Origin: a candidate division WOR-3 bacterium
Lineage (GTDB): Bacteria; Hydrothermota; Tepidihabitantia; B3-TA06
Assembly (NCBI GenBank): GCA_965649265.1
Contig: CBFGKC010000001.1
Location: 13,119-77,118, forward strand
DNA length: 64,000 nt
Direction: 5' to 3'
Shown here: positions 28,002 to 37,586 of the stretch, piece by piece
Position numbering within the stretch: the stretch's first letter is position 1
Layout of the letters: each line of letters starts with the position of its first letter
Notes under the pieces: generated by a model
Databases searched by the model: none
What the model was told of the DNA's origin: nothing
What the model saw: only the letters and a program-made list of their open reading frames with translations
Made by a program: the position numbers and the translations under genes

Positions 28002-29804
28002 TCAGCCCTTATCGACATTCGTCTTGAGCTGGAATGTGGCTTCGAGTTTCTTCTTTGTAGGAGTGGGCACTATCTCCACCTTGCAATGCACTATGCCGTT
28101 GGACCAGATGTTCGCATCGGGAGTGAGAGTCAGCTTGTAGTTGATGATAGGCTTATCGGTATCTTCTTCGGTGATCTTCATCGCTTCGAGAGGACGTGAT
28201 AAGTCGGCCTTGTATGCGGCCATGTCCTTCTCGGAGATGCCCGGTGAGTTGACGTACGGCACGTTGGCGATTCCGACCATGCGTACGGCTTCGTCAATGA
28301 TGCGGCGGTTGCGGATGCAGAAGTAGTCGGATGTGGGTGGAGCCATCATCCAGTCGTCGGTGGGCACCCTTCCGTAGCCTATCCAGGGGCGCAGAGTGAT
28401 GAAACGCCCGTCGTTGAGGAGCGCGAGGTTGCCCTTGTCCATCTCGTCGTTGGTTACGTAAGTATAGGTTGCGGTGCAAGCCACCGTCGGTTTTGTAATC
28501 AGCGTGTATGCCCCGGAATCGTAGTCGATGGTTCCCTTTTCATCACCGGCGGCGTTGTAAAGTACTCCGTCTCCACCGTCTTTCAGTGGAACTGAATCCG
28601 CCGTGATGGTTATCGACCAAGGAACCAGAGGCCTATCGGCAAATCTTCCCGAAATCGCAAGTCCCGAGTCTGTGTATGTGCCGGTCATCAAGGGTTTATA
28701 CGGGTATACAGCAATTGAGTTTGGTATGGCCATCTCCCTTACCCAGCCGATGGAGTGATGAAGCTTTGCCTTCGAAACGAGGCCGGCCGCCGAGCCTGCG
28801 ATAGAGCGAACGTGCTGTTCGCCGCGGGAATCTACCTGCATGGAGAAACCGCCTACCACGCAAAGCCTGCGGTTACGGTAGTCCGCGGAACAGGAATTGA
28901 GGAGGCTTATCCATGTTGCGGTCGTTTCGTATGTGCCGGAGAAATCCTGCGACATGGGCGGAGCCTCGCAGATGAACCATATGGGTCTGTATTCCTGGCT
29001 CCAGGTCTCCTCGGCTATAGTGGCCAGGGCAGCCCAGAAAGCGGTTACGTTATCTTTCGTGCGGCTGCTCCAGACGGTCGCGGGAAGGCCGGCGACGAGA
29101 ACGTATTCAAGGCCGTAGCCCGTGTTCGGATCCTTCCAGGCCGCCGCGCGTTCGCACGCGGCTATAATCTCGTCGAGGCTGCTCGTCGGCTCCTTAGTCT
29201 CCCAGCGATACTCGTCTCCGGCTGCGAAAGACTCCGACTTTGTGGTATGTTCCGTAAACTCTATCGAAGTTCCGTTACCCATGTCGAGAAGCGCCTTGCG
29301 CGGAGCCGTATCATCCGTTACGCGGAACTTGTTTTCCGCTCCCCACGTTTTTCCTCCGTTTAGAGAAAGCTTGTACGTGGCTTCGTCAAATGAACCACTC
29401 TTGACTATGAGAATCCGGAATCTCCTGGTGCTGCCAGGTGCCGTATAGGGAGAGACATATCCGGGCGCAGCCGTGGCCTTTCCACCTATGCAATCTTCTC
29501 CTGCCGGCGGCCCGTAAATCAGATGTTCAATGCTTGACGACATTGACCCTGCAGTATCTGCAACCGCCCTGACTATGCCCAGCTGGCTTGCGCCCGAGGC
29601 AAAAGCATCCAGGGTGCGCTCGACAAGAGTTCCGAATCCGTACTCTTCTTCAACGTCGTCTGGATCGACTGCGAAAAGAATTTCAGTGGACCCGGATATT
29701 GAGTTTCCAACCACGCCGAAAAGACCGGCGAGAGAGGGTGGCAGGACTCCTAGGCCGCCGTCCTTTATTTCGGGATAATATCCCGGTAGATCTTTTAAGG
29801 GCAT
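28002..29804 (-). CDS. Contractile tail sheath protein (DUF2586-like) with inserted domains
   Basis: LPG.Y.EIKDGGLG N-terminus, SIGWV, LND.RFITLR, SDYF.I.N.R.IDEA.R, C-terminal IVP. Confidence 0.85.
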   Translation of the reverse strand: MPLKDLPGYYPEIKDGGLGVLPPSLAGLFGVVGNSISGSTEILFAVDPDDVEEEYGFGTLVERTLDAFASGASQLGIVRAVADTAGSMSSSIEHLIYGPPAGEDCIGGKATAAPGYVSPYTAPGSTRRFRILIVKSGSFDEATYKLSLNGGKTWGAENKFRVTDDTAPRKALLDMGNGTSIEFTEHTTKSESFAAGDEYRWETKEPTSSLDEIIAACERAAAWKDPNTGYGLEYVLVAGLPATVWSSRTKDNVTAFWAALATIAEETWSQEYRPIWFICEAPPMSQDFSGTYETTATWISLLNSCSADYRNRRLCVVGGFSMQVDSRGEQHVRSIAGSAAGLVSKAKLHHSIGWVREMAIPNSIAVYPYKPLMTGTYTDSGLAISGRFADRPLVPWSITITADSVPLKDGGDGVLYNAAGDEKGTIDYDSGAYTLITKPTVACTATYTYVTNDEMDKGNLALLNDGRFITLRPWIGYGRVPTDDWMMAPPTSDYFCIRNRRIIDEAVRMVGIANVPYVNSPGISEKDMAAYKADLSRPLEAMKITEEDTDKPIINYKLTLTPDANIWSNGIVHCKVEIVPTPTKKKLEATFQLKTNVDKG

Positions 29805-29805
29805 G

Positions 29806-30165
29806 CTAGACCTCACCTTTCAGATGTTTTTTTATTGCGGCATCGAGCTCGGCCGCGGTGATTTTTGTCGTCTCGTCCCACTTGCAAAGGCGCTTGAGAA
29901 CCACCTGGCGTGCCGGTGTCAGCTTGCGCTCCCTGGCAAGCAGCGCGAAAGACATCCTTCCCGGCTCCTCCGGTACGGCCTTCGCTCTTTCTGCTTTTTC
30001 CTTTTCAATCACCTTTACCTCCTTTTGAGGCATTAAGGAAACCCCTACCTTGCTTTCACTTGTCGTGATTTTGAAAGCTTCAGGCTCAACCTGAACGGTG
30101 CGGCTTCCCTTGTCCTTGTTTATATTCATTCTTTCCTTCCTTTCACAGGTGCTATCAATCCTCAT
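29806..30165 (-). CDS. Small phage structural/hypothetical protein
   Basis: Coupled to both neighbours in the operon; start uncertain. Confidence 0.55.
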   Translation of the reverse strand: MRIDSTCERKERMNINKDKGSRTVQVEPEAFKITTSESKVGVSLMPQKEVKVIEKEKAERAKAVPEEPGRMSFALLARERKLTPARQVVLKRLCKWDETTKITAAELDAAIKKHLKGEV

Positions 30166-31054
30166 CCGGATCGAGTATCTCAGGGTCTTCTGTCGTCACG
30201 AGGGTTATCAAGGGCGAGACCTCAGCCAAGAACACCTTGCCTTGATAAACGAGCGAAAGACCGATTCTGTAGGTGGTTGTTTCACCTGCGACTTCCTTCG
30301 TGAACGTCATCGTGTTCAACTCCTCTGTGACTTCTTCTGAGTGATCCGTGTAAAGCTCTTCGGCAAATCGCTTGTGAGAGAACATGAGCATCAGCTGATC
30401 GAGATACCCCCCTTCACCGATTACTTCTTCCTCGTTCTCGGCGTATATCGACACGGTGAAGTTCGCCCAGGCCTCACGAATCTGGCGGTTCGTCACCCTG
30501 TAGCTCTCCGTCTCCCACGCGTAGGTGTCATTTTCTACGACGCTTCCGCCCACGGTTAAGCTGATAGTTGACCCGTCTCCCACGGCGATCTTGCCGTCCA
30601 GGGGGATCGCCCCTGACGATACGACCGCAGGAATACCCCACCCGGAGCCGGTCCAAGGGGTTTTCGTGAGTGTGTACGAACCGCTCGTTCCGACCTCGCC
30701 TGATTCCGTGATCGTCAGCAGGAATGTATTGTTTCCGGAATGCCTGCCCGAAAGGGTGGCGAGAGCGGTTCCGGTCCCGGTGTGGGTTATTGTACCGAAC
30801 TTGTATATTATCTCGGGTTCGCCGTAGGTTGACGTGTTTCCCATCTTGATCTGCCCGACGTTTATGACTGCCGTCGGACCCTGGCTTAGCGTTACCGCCC
30901 GTTTGTCGAGGCTCTCGCGAGCGAGAACCCTCGTGTTCCTGGCAAGTATGAGAGCGCCGGACGGATTAGTGAGAGATTCCAGTCCCTCTTCGACTTTTCC
31001 ATAGCACCAGGAAATGGAGAGACCTCTCATTATGGGGGCGTAAGGAAGAGCCAT
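30155..31054 (-). CDS. Tail terminator/completion protein with inserted beta-domain
   Basis: Position after gp36; G/T-rich insert resembling a sheath insert. Confidence 0.55.
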   Translation of the reverse strand: MALPYAPIMRGLSISWCYGKVEEGLESLTNPSGALILARNTRVLARESLDKRAVTLSQGPTAVINVGQIKMGNTSTYGEPEIIYKFGTITHTGTGTALATLSGRHSGNNTFLLTITESGEVGTSGSYTLTKTPWTGSGWGIPAVVSSGAIPLDGKIAVGDGSTISLTVGGSVVENDTYAWETESYRVTNRQIREAWANFTVSIYAENEEEVIGEGGYLDQLMLMFSHKRFAEELYTDHSEEVTEELNTMTFTKEVAGETTTYRIGLSLVYQGKVFLAEVSPLITLVTTEDPEILDPDED

Positions 31055-31055
31055 C

Positions 31056-31502
31056 TCAACCTTCCTCTTCCCTGTTCACCGAGAAGCGAGCTTTCGGCGC
31101 TTTGTAGAAGATGCGGTTGCGCGCCCGTTCTTCCGCGCCCGGAAGCTCCATTTTCCCGGATGAAAGATCTGCAAGAGTCCGGTCGGCAAGCTCGCGCTTG
31201 TCCTTTGCTACCTGTTCCTGCTCGACGCGGGCGTAGAGGCGGTACACGGTCATCTGAAGCGTCGCTTCCTTCACGAGATCGCGTCCACCGTCGGATTCAA
31301 TCGCCGCAAGATCGAGAGGGACAACGTATCGCTTGACAAGCTGGGCGTCCACGTATGCCTCCGCCCAGAGTATGGCCGCCTCGATCTTATCGTCATCTAC
31401 GACCTTCTGGGTTATGGAATGCGTGGGATCGTCGTCAGTGAGCCGCGCCAGGACGTCCGCCGGTGCGTTCGCTTTTACTTCGTTAACGGTTAGATACCGC
31501 AC
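31056..31502 (-). CDS. Head-tail adaptor, Mu gp36 (DUF1320)-like
   Basis: Y.T...V...L.RLTDD...AI..A...VD..L..RY.VPL...YRLY.R; GTG start after SD. Confidence 0.85.
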   Translation of the reverse strand: MRYLTVNEVKANAPADVLARLTDDDPTHSITQKVVDDDKIEAAILWAEAYVDAQLVKRYVVPLDLAAIESDGGRDLVKEATLQMTVYRLYARVEQEQVAKDKRELADRTLADLSSGKMELPGAEERARNRIFYKAPKARFSVNREEEG

Positions 31503-31713
31503 TGGAGCCTCCCTTGACAGTCTTTCGAGTGTTCCTTGGTTTTGATTCGAGCCTCTCAATCAAGCCCGCCTTTTCCAGATCGCGCGATACGTCGAGGCCG
31601 ATGATCGAGACCTCGCCTGCATCGTACCAGCGCCCTCCCGATTTCACCTGTCTCAGAAATCGTACTCTCACATTTCCTGGATCAGGGGCGGGCCTGGAAG
31701 CTTTTCTGGGCAT
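31483..31713 (-). CDS. Small head-associated protein
   Basis: VRFLRQVK.GG.WY.AGE....A..L...G.IE motif, common after capsid genes. Confidence 0.65.
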   Translation of the reverse strand: MPRKASRPAPDPGNVRVRFLRQVKSGGRWYDAGEVSIIGLDVSRDLEKAGLIERLESKPRNTRKTVKGGSSAVSNR

Positions 31714-31722
31714 GTCGATTCA

Positions 31723-32742
31723 CTACGTTCCGGAGACGACCGTCGCGTAGATCACGCACTCGGGCCAGTGGGGCACGGGAAGGGGCCGCGATTCAGCCAG
31801 AATCCAGAGCATCGAAGGGTCCTTCTCGGCCCACGCCTTGGAGAAGAACGGCTGAGCAACCGCAATCTGATTCTCGATGTCGAAAACGAGCGCGTGATGC
31901 ATGCGGAAAGGACCTTCCGATGCGAGCATGATGAATGCTTCGTCGGGTATGAAATTGTGGGATGTTCCTGTCGAATCCACATAGGTCGCGTCGTACTCGT
32001 AGATGTCGACGCCTACCAGCCTGCCTATATAGTTGGAACGGCCTACCGAGATTTCGCCCACATTGAAATTGCGGTAGTTGAGCATCTCGCGAACCTTGGT
32101 GTGCGAAAGAAGCGCATCCACTGCGTCTTTTCCTGCTATGGCGATGTCTGCCTGGAAACCCGTGTCGGTCGAGATGTGGCGTTTCCAGGTCAGGATGTCT
32201 GCTATGGGATCGGAGTTAGTCGTGTCCGTCCAGATGTCGGTGCCCGTCAGTACCGGATTGTGACCTACCGGCAGGTGATAGTTGATAGAGAACTCGATGT
32301 TCTCCTGACTTACCGTCAACGAACCCTGAAGCGACTGCGCGGCCATCCACTCCGTCGTGCGCATGATCATGTTTTTGAGATCGGCGAGCTCCAGCGCGAT
32401 TCGCTGGTTCTTATAATCCTCTATACCCCCCTCCCCCAGGTAAAGCGAAGAGCCGGGGGCTCGTACCGAAAGCAGATCGTTAGCCGCGACAACCTTCTTG
32501 GGCCTTATCCGCGGGGCTCGCACCGACTGCATCATGCGGCCGAGTTCTGCGACCACGACGCCGCCTTCAATCGGTGACACGAATGGTGCCAGCCGCTTTC
32601 CGCCGACCACGACATCGACGTCTATCTCCTCGGCCAGAGCCTGCACTCTTGTCTTGAATACTTTGTCCATGAGAAATGACGGTGCGCTGGGAATCTCGTT
32701 TATCGCCGTCGTCAGCGTGCGCCACTTGAACATATCATCCAT
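31723..32742 (-). CDS. Major capsid protein (lambda gpE family)
   Basis: LT.AIN......FL...F, RLAPFVSP, R..EWMAAQ.L.G, W....SDPI.DI, ESRPLPVP. Confidence 0.92.
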   Translation of the reverse strand: MDDMFKWRTLTTAINEIPSAPSFLMDKVFKTRVQALAEEIDVDVVVGGKRLAPFVSPIEGGVVVAELGRMMQSVRAPRIRPKKVVAANDLLSVRAPGSSLYLGEGGIEDYKNQRIALELADLKNMIMRTTEWMAAQSLQGSLTVSQENIEFSINYHLPVGHNPVLTGTDIWTDTTNSDPIADILTWKRHISTDTGFQADIAIAGKDAVDALLSHTKVREMLNYRNFNVGEISVGRSNYIGRLVGVDIYEYDATYVDSTGTSHNFIPDEAFIMLASEGPFRMHHALVFDIENQIAVAQPFFSKAWAEKDPSMLWILAESRPLPVPHWPECVIYATVVSGT

Positions 32743-32751
32743 TTAAACCTC

Positions 32752-33129
32752 CTATCCTATCTTTTTGACGAATATTCCGAAACCCTGGAGCGTGCGCTTT
32801 GCCGTCGCGATTTGAGGGTCGGTCGCCGAGTTCCAGTCTAGCTTGCCCTGGTTGAACTCGCCGTGGACGTAAGCCACCGTCGCGGCATCCGCAGATGTTG
32901 CGTCGGTGTCACGAGCAAGAATCGCGCGTGGAGTCTCGGTACCGTCCGATGCTGTTGCCGAGAACTTGTAATACTTCGAGTCCGCGGTCTGTCGACCCAG
33001 AACCTGCCCTGCGTCGAGATCTCCTGCGCCGGATCCCAGGATTATCGGATAAAGCACGACCGGGTGGCCGCCGGCAAGAAGACTCTGGTCCACGAGAGTG
33101 GTTTCGGTGATTCCGTAACTTTCAGCCAT
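32752..33129 (-). CDS. Head decoration protein (lambda gpD/HDPD-like)
   Basis: GQVLG......Y.....DG.E.P.AIL..D.DA......YVHGEFN...L. Confidence 0.88.
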   Translation of the reverse strand: MAESYGITETTLVDQSLLAGGHPVVLYPIILGSGAGDLDAGQVLGRQTADSKYYKFSATASDGTETPRAILARDTDATSADAATVAYVHGEFNQGKLDWNSATDPQIATAKRTLQGFGIFVKKIG

Positions 33130-33209
33130 TGTTACCTCCTTTACTCCCCCGCATTGAAGCAGGGAATTTTTTTGTTAGTACGCTCATACTGTCCCCTATT
33201 TCGGACATA

Positions 33210-33980
33210 TCACGCGCTACGGCCTGTCGAGCGATTGAGAGCGGAAGCTATCTTGCGACCCAGGGACTCCATCGAGTCGTCCTTTTTAGCGGCCGGTTTC
33301 GCAAACTCATCCATCGGAACGAGCGTGGGAAGGGATTCCAGAAGCCTTACGAAGAAATCGTAAGGGGAGATTGGCTCCGAGTTGTTATCGGGAATAGACG
33401 GTTCCGCAGAGAGTCCGGCAATGAAGCTCTTTAGCGCGTCGACTCCCCAGGCTGCAAGGATCTTTCCCTCGCTCCTCATTTTTGCGACAAGATTTTCGGC
33501 CCTCATCAGGTCCGACGCGGCAGGTTGCGCCCCTTGAACGCCTTTTATTCGAGGCAGTACGACGTTCGGCTGATCATCTCTCAGTTCTTCCCTGTCCCTC
33601 TCTTTTTCCCGTTCACGAGCGCTTTCGGGTGACTCTGCCTTGTTTGAAGTCGACCTTGATTCGAGTTCTTCCACCCTTTCGAGGACAAAGTTTCTTTCCT
33701 CCTCATCCTCCAGGGCGAGAGCCTTTCGCCCGGCCGATTCGAGCGCGCGCGGCACGATCAACGGTTCGCCGTCTATAAGATCGACGACGAGCATAGGGTA
33801 TGCTTCTTGTGATCCGGGGTCCTTCAACGTGTCGACCCGGATTGAGTATGCGGCAAGCGAACCGAAACCGAAAGAGTTCTTGAGTCGCTCGAACGCCCCG
33901 GCTTCATCCCACGGGTAACCCGCAGGCGCGAAGGAAAGCTCCTCGAGCGTCCCGGGAACAATATCATTCTTCGGGGTCAT
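33210..33980 (-). CDS. Scaffold/degenerate protease I-like protein
   Basis: Position before the decoration gene; EGKILAAW and FF..LLESLP..V.M.E resemble the Mu gpI/Z scaffold C-terminus; protease motifs not evident. Confidence 0.55.
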   Translation of the reverse strand: MTPKNDIVPGTLEELSFAPAGYPWDEAGAFERLKNSFGFGSLAAYSIRVDTLKDPGSQEAYPMLVVDLIDGEPLIVPRALESAGRKALALEDEEERNFVLERVEELESRSTSNKAESPESAREREKERDREELRDDQPNVVLPRIKGVQGAQPAASDLMRAENLVAKMRSEGKILAAWGVDALKSFIAGLSAEPSIPDNNSEPISPYDFFVRLLESLPTLVPMDEFAKPAAKKDDSMESLGRKIASALNRSTGRSA

Positions 33981-34187
33981 AAATTGACCTCCTTTCCATT
34001 TTCACCATGGCCGTATTCTCTCCGGATTTCTGACGCGTACAATAGAATCCTGACCTGCTTTTATTTGACTTTTTTTTAACATCTTTACCTCGATTCCCTC
34101 TCCGAAGCCCTTGACTTCCCTGAAAATCGAGTTTAAAATGTTGCAGGAAATATGATTTCCTCGGCAACCGTGGAGAATGGAGGTTTC

Positions 34188-35843
34188 ATGTTAGTTTTGA
34201 TAATCCAGATTTTTTTGAACCCTGTGGTTGATTCCATAATTGATTCGACTCAAGTGATGCAAGCCCGGATTAAGGTCTGGAAATCCCTGAAGGTAATGGG
34301 TATCGGGTTCGACGTTGCCACGGGCAGCCTGGCGGAACACACCTATCCTTTATCGCCCTCGCACGATTTCGTGGCTATCGGAATAGGCCTAACACCAAAG
34401 TACGGCGGCATTGGAGCATGGCTGAAGTTATCCCAAGACGTTTTTTCGGGAGGCGAAAGTAATGCCTTGCCGTCATTGCGGCTGACTTACACGCCTTATT
34501 ACAGATGGAAAACCCTAGGTGACACGACTTTTAAGCATCTGAGATTCGATATCTTCGCTGAGGGTGGTTTCCACGAATTCTATCTGGAGAGCGGCTACCT
34601 GCGCTTTGGCGCCAGCGGGTCATGGAATTGGAACAAGTATGTTGCTCCGCTCGATTTAGAGTTAGGATGGGGGATAGTTTCGGGACGCTGGTATTCGGCC
34701 GTGTCAGGGCTTTATGCAAGGATCGGCACTTCGTTATATGAACAGGAAATACCCGTTACAAACCCCGAATCCCTGGTCGTGAAAAGTGTGCTCACGACGA
34801 CCGCATTTCCTAATGCATGGCTGGGATACAGGGCGTTTACATATTCATTGATTTTACCTTCAGACGGTTTCGCATCGAGAGAGTTCGACTTGCTGATGCT
34901 GGGAATCGGTTTAACCCCTCCCCTCGGAATAGGCTTATGGCTCAAAGTCATACCCTATTACGAGTCGGACTATAGTGTGAGTGGTGATTATGCCGCTCTC
35001 AGGCTCACTTACTCTCCGTACTTCTCGTGGGACAAGCACCGTTATGGCCTCTATCGCAAGCTAAGACTCGATTGTTTTCTCGAATCTTCTTTTTCCACGC
35101 TCCACTCCGAGCCGTTATTGAGAGGAGGGGTGTCAGGATCGTTCTCGCTTTTTCCCAGGGCCGTGCCTTTTGATGCCGAGCTGGGATGGGCATATTCAGC
35201 ATATGATTACGGGCCCGCGACCGTCAGGTACTCAGGACCGTACTTCCTGATCTCGGCGAGCGCGTTAGGCATGGATGTCGTCATTGGAGAGGGCCGCCCG
35301 GGGCATGCAGTAAGCTTTTTGAATTCACTTAAGGATTCCAGGACCTGGGTATCCTACGAGATACTTGCAGGGAGCGGGGGGATATGTTACCGGCACATCC
35401 CCGTACTTTCCGAAGAGGAACTTGTTACCACATACGAAGTAACCTTTTTGCGTCTGGGCGCAGGATTCTCCCCTCCTTTTGGATTAGGTTTAAGCGCAAG
35501 GCTTTGGATAGGAACCGGCTCCTGGGAGGGGCCTGCGGCATCGTTGAGGTTGAGCTATTCCCCTTTTGCTTCGTATAAGGACGCAGGAAACATAACCTTC
35601 CGACGCTTACGTGTTGATCTTTTTGTCGAGCCCGGCATCGGGTACTGGAGAGGCGGTGAGCAGTGCTTCAGGACCGGAGTAGAAGGGTCATTCTCCTGGC
35701 TCCCATCCATGCCTTGCCTGCACCTGGAGGCCGGTTGGATCTCGTGGGAACAATGGGATTATCAGCGCAGGGGGCCGTATCTCGAGCTATCCGTGGGTCT
35801 TCTCGGCGGTGAGTTCATTGTCGGTAAGAACGGCAAGAACTGA
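34188..35843 (+). CDS. Putative outer-membrane protein with three tandem beta-barrel-like repeats
   Basis: Three ~175-aa repeats: G.G.(T/S)P..G.G...(K/R), LRL(T/S)Y(T/S)P, LR.D.F.E, R.G..GS, E.GW, G.Y. Confidence 0.7.
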   Translation: MLVLIIQIFLNPVVDSIIDSTQVMQARIKVWKSLKVMGIGFDVATGSLAEHTYPLSPSHDFVAIGIGLTPKYGGIGAWLKLSQDVFSGGESNALPSLRLTYTPYYRWKTLGDTTFKHLRFDIFAEGGFHEFYLESGYLRFGASGSWNWNKYVAPLDLELGWGIVSGRWYSAVSGLYARIGTSLYEQEIPVTNPESLVVKSVLTTTAFPNAWLGYRAFTYSLILPSDGFASREFDLLMLGIGLTPPLGIGLWLKVIPYYESDYSVSGDYAALRLTYSPYFSWDKHRYGLYRKLRLDCFLESSFSTLHSEPLLRGGVSGSFSLFPRAVPFDAELGWAYSAYDYGPATVRYSGPYFLISASALGMDVVIGEGRPGHAVSFLNSLKDSRTWVSYEILAGSGGICYRHIPVLSEEELVTTYEVTFLRLGAGFSPPFGLGLSARLWIGTGSWEGPAASLRLSYSPFASYKDAGNITFRRLRVDLFVEPGIGYWRGGEQCFRTGVEGSFSWLPSMPCLHLEAGWISWEQWDYQRRGPYLELSVGLLGGEFIVGKNGKN

Positions 35844-35881
35844 CGCTTGACGCAGCCGCTCCCGGGAGTATTCTTACGGTC

Positions 35882-36430
35882 ATGAGATCCAGATTGACGC
35901 GAATCTTGTTATTGATTTGTTTTGTCACGGGAACGTGCATCTTTCCGGGATGCGCCAAAAAGGATTCCGACGGCGCGAAGAAGTTCATCGGGGACTACTG
36001 GTCTGCGGTTTTCAAGGGCGACGCGCGCAAGGCATATTCCATGCTTACAAGCGAGAGTAAGAAAACCATCTCCTTCGAAAAGTATGCCTACAACATTTCT
36101 TACGGAACCAAACCCACCCCGTTGACGGATAGTTTCTTTAGTGTCTATGCCCCGGCCTGCAACATGAGCCCGGGACCTGTCATGATAGAGGGTGACACGG
36201 CAAAAGTGGAATTGCTTTTGACCATTCCAGACCTGCCTTATATGAACCGCACCCGTCTCCTTGCTGAGGCCGATTCGCTCTTCGCAGGTAAGGATACGCT
36301 GCTGCGCAACGAATGGCTCATTCGCCAACGCACGATTGCCGTCCGCGAAAAACACTACAGGCCCCTTATCCTGCATCTTTCCCTGAGGCTTGCATGGAAA
36401 TGGGGTTCCTGGCATCTTATTTATGATTGA
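35882..36430 (+). CDS. Lipoprotein, NTF2-like (paralog 1)
   Basis: Lipobox-like FPGC; YW.AV.KGD...AY.ML..ES, TIPD, C-terminal W.L. Confidence 0.7.
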   Translation: MRSRLTRILLLICFVTGTCIFPGCAKKDSDGAKKFIGDYWSAVFKGDARKAYSMLTSESKKTISFEKYAYNISYGTKPTPLTDSFFSVYAPACNMSPGPVMIEGDTAKVELLLTIPDLPYMNRTRLLAEADSLFAGKDTLLRNEWLIRQRTIAVREKHYRPLILHLSLRLAWKWGSWHLIYD

Positions 36431-36441
36431 GAGGTAAAGAG

Positions 36442-36981
36442 ATGATTCGAAGGTTAGCAGCGTTTTTAGGGCCATGGCTCGTTTTATTACTCGGCGCCTG
36501 CCCGGGAAAAGACGAATCTCCTCTCGTGAAGGACACGGCCGCCGGCTACTGGAATCACTTGTTTAAGGGCGAGATACGAGCTGCGTTCAATATGCTCGAT
36601 AAAGGGTCGAGGCAGTTTATGAACTACTCTCAGTTCGCGAACAAGGTTGGATTCGGCTCCAGCGGGGTTACCGAGGTCAAAGAGTACTGGAAGGCATACT
36701 TCCCACTCACCGATGTGGATGTAAAATCAGTAACGGTTCGCAAGGATGCGGCTTCGGTCTCTCTTATCCTTACGATTCCTGACCCCAAGTGGTTTCCTGA
36801 CGAGGCACAGATGGAGGCGGAAAGGCTTGGCCTCGTGGATCAGGAATATGCACTGTTCATGATCAGGGCCCAGACCGATGCCCTCAAACAAGGCAAGATT
36901 CCCACGGTCAGGATTTCAGAAGTGACGAATCTAGTCAAGGAGGAGGGCTCATGGAAGGTTGTTTTCAAGGACGAAGGATGA
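36442..36981 (+). CDS. Lipoprotein, NTF2-like (paralog 2)
   Basis: LGAC lipobox; YW..L.KGE...AF.ML..GS, TIPD, LVKEEGSWKV. Confidence 0.7.
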   Translation: MIRRLAAFLGPWLVLLLGACPGKDESPLVKDTAAGYWNHLFKGEIRAAFNMLDKGSRQFMNYSQFANKVGFGSSGVTEVKEYWKAYFPLTDVDVKSVTVRKDAASVSLILTIPDPKWFPDEAQMEAERLGLVDQEYALFMIRAQTDALKQGKIPTVRISEVTNLVKEEGSWKVVFKDEG

Positions 36982-37027
36982 ATGAAACGGGGTGACTGGA
37001 CAAGGTGTGAGAAAAAAAGGAGGACGA

Positions 37028-37582
37028 ATGCGCGGAGTTGTCTTTAAAACAGTCTTTATTTTTTGCCTGTGTGCATTATTCGTTCCGGCCTGCACGAACG
37101 AGGAGGATGAAGTCCGCGGCGCCGCCTCGCGTTTTTGGAAGTCGGTACTCGAGGGCAACTTCGACTCGGCCTATAAAATGCTTTCCCGCCAGTCACGGAT
37201 ACTCACGCCGCGTTCGGAATTCGAGAGTCAATTCAGCTTCGGTACTTACAAATCGTGGAACTCGAGGGCTCTAGAGAAAGCATGGTTAGCGGCGTGCAAG
37301 TTCACGATTGAGGACGTTGAGCAGCGCAGCGATCAGGGAAGGGTTGCGATAACCTTCCGCGTCCCCGACATGGAAGCGCTCTCAAGACGCATTTCCGCCG
37401 AGGCCGAGCGTGAGGGCATGATTCGCAAATTCGCGGGCGACGAGCAGAAACTAGAGAGCTGGTTCGCCAAACGCATGACTGAGGAGCTTAAAAATAACCG
37501 CTTCACGAGAATGAGGATAGATAATGAGACGTATCTCGTGCGTGAGGCGGGCGAGTGGAAAATATTTTACCAACCGGAGTGA
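37028..37582 (+). CDS. Lipoprotein, NTF2-like (paralog 3)
   Basis: VPAC lipobox; FW..V.EGN...AY.ML..QS, RVPD, LVREAGEWKI. Confidence 0.7.
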   Translation: MRGVVFKTVFIFCLCALFVPACTNEEDEVRGAASRFWKSVLEGNFDSAYKMLSRQSRILTPRSEFESQFSFGTYKSWNSRALEKAWLAACKFTIEDVEQRSDQGRVAITFRVPDMEALSRRISAEAEREGMIRKFAGDEQKLESWFAKRMTEELKNNRFTRMRIDNETYLVREAGEWKIFYQPE

Positions 37583-37586
37583 TGAT

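Noticed and set aside
15514-33980. Classification as canonical eCIS (Afp/PVC) or T6SS
   Set aside because: Capsid, decoration and portal genes are present; no Afp15-like ATPase or TssJLM/ClpV recognised; components look Mu-like
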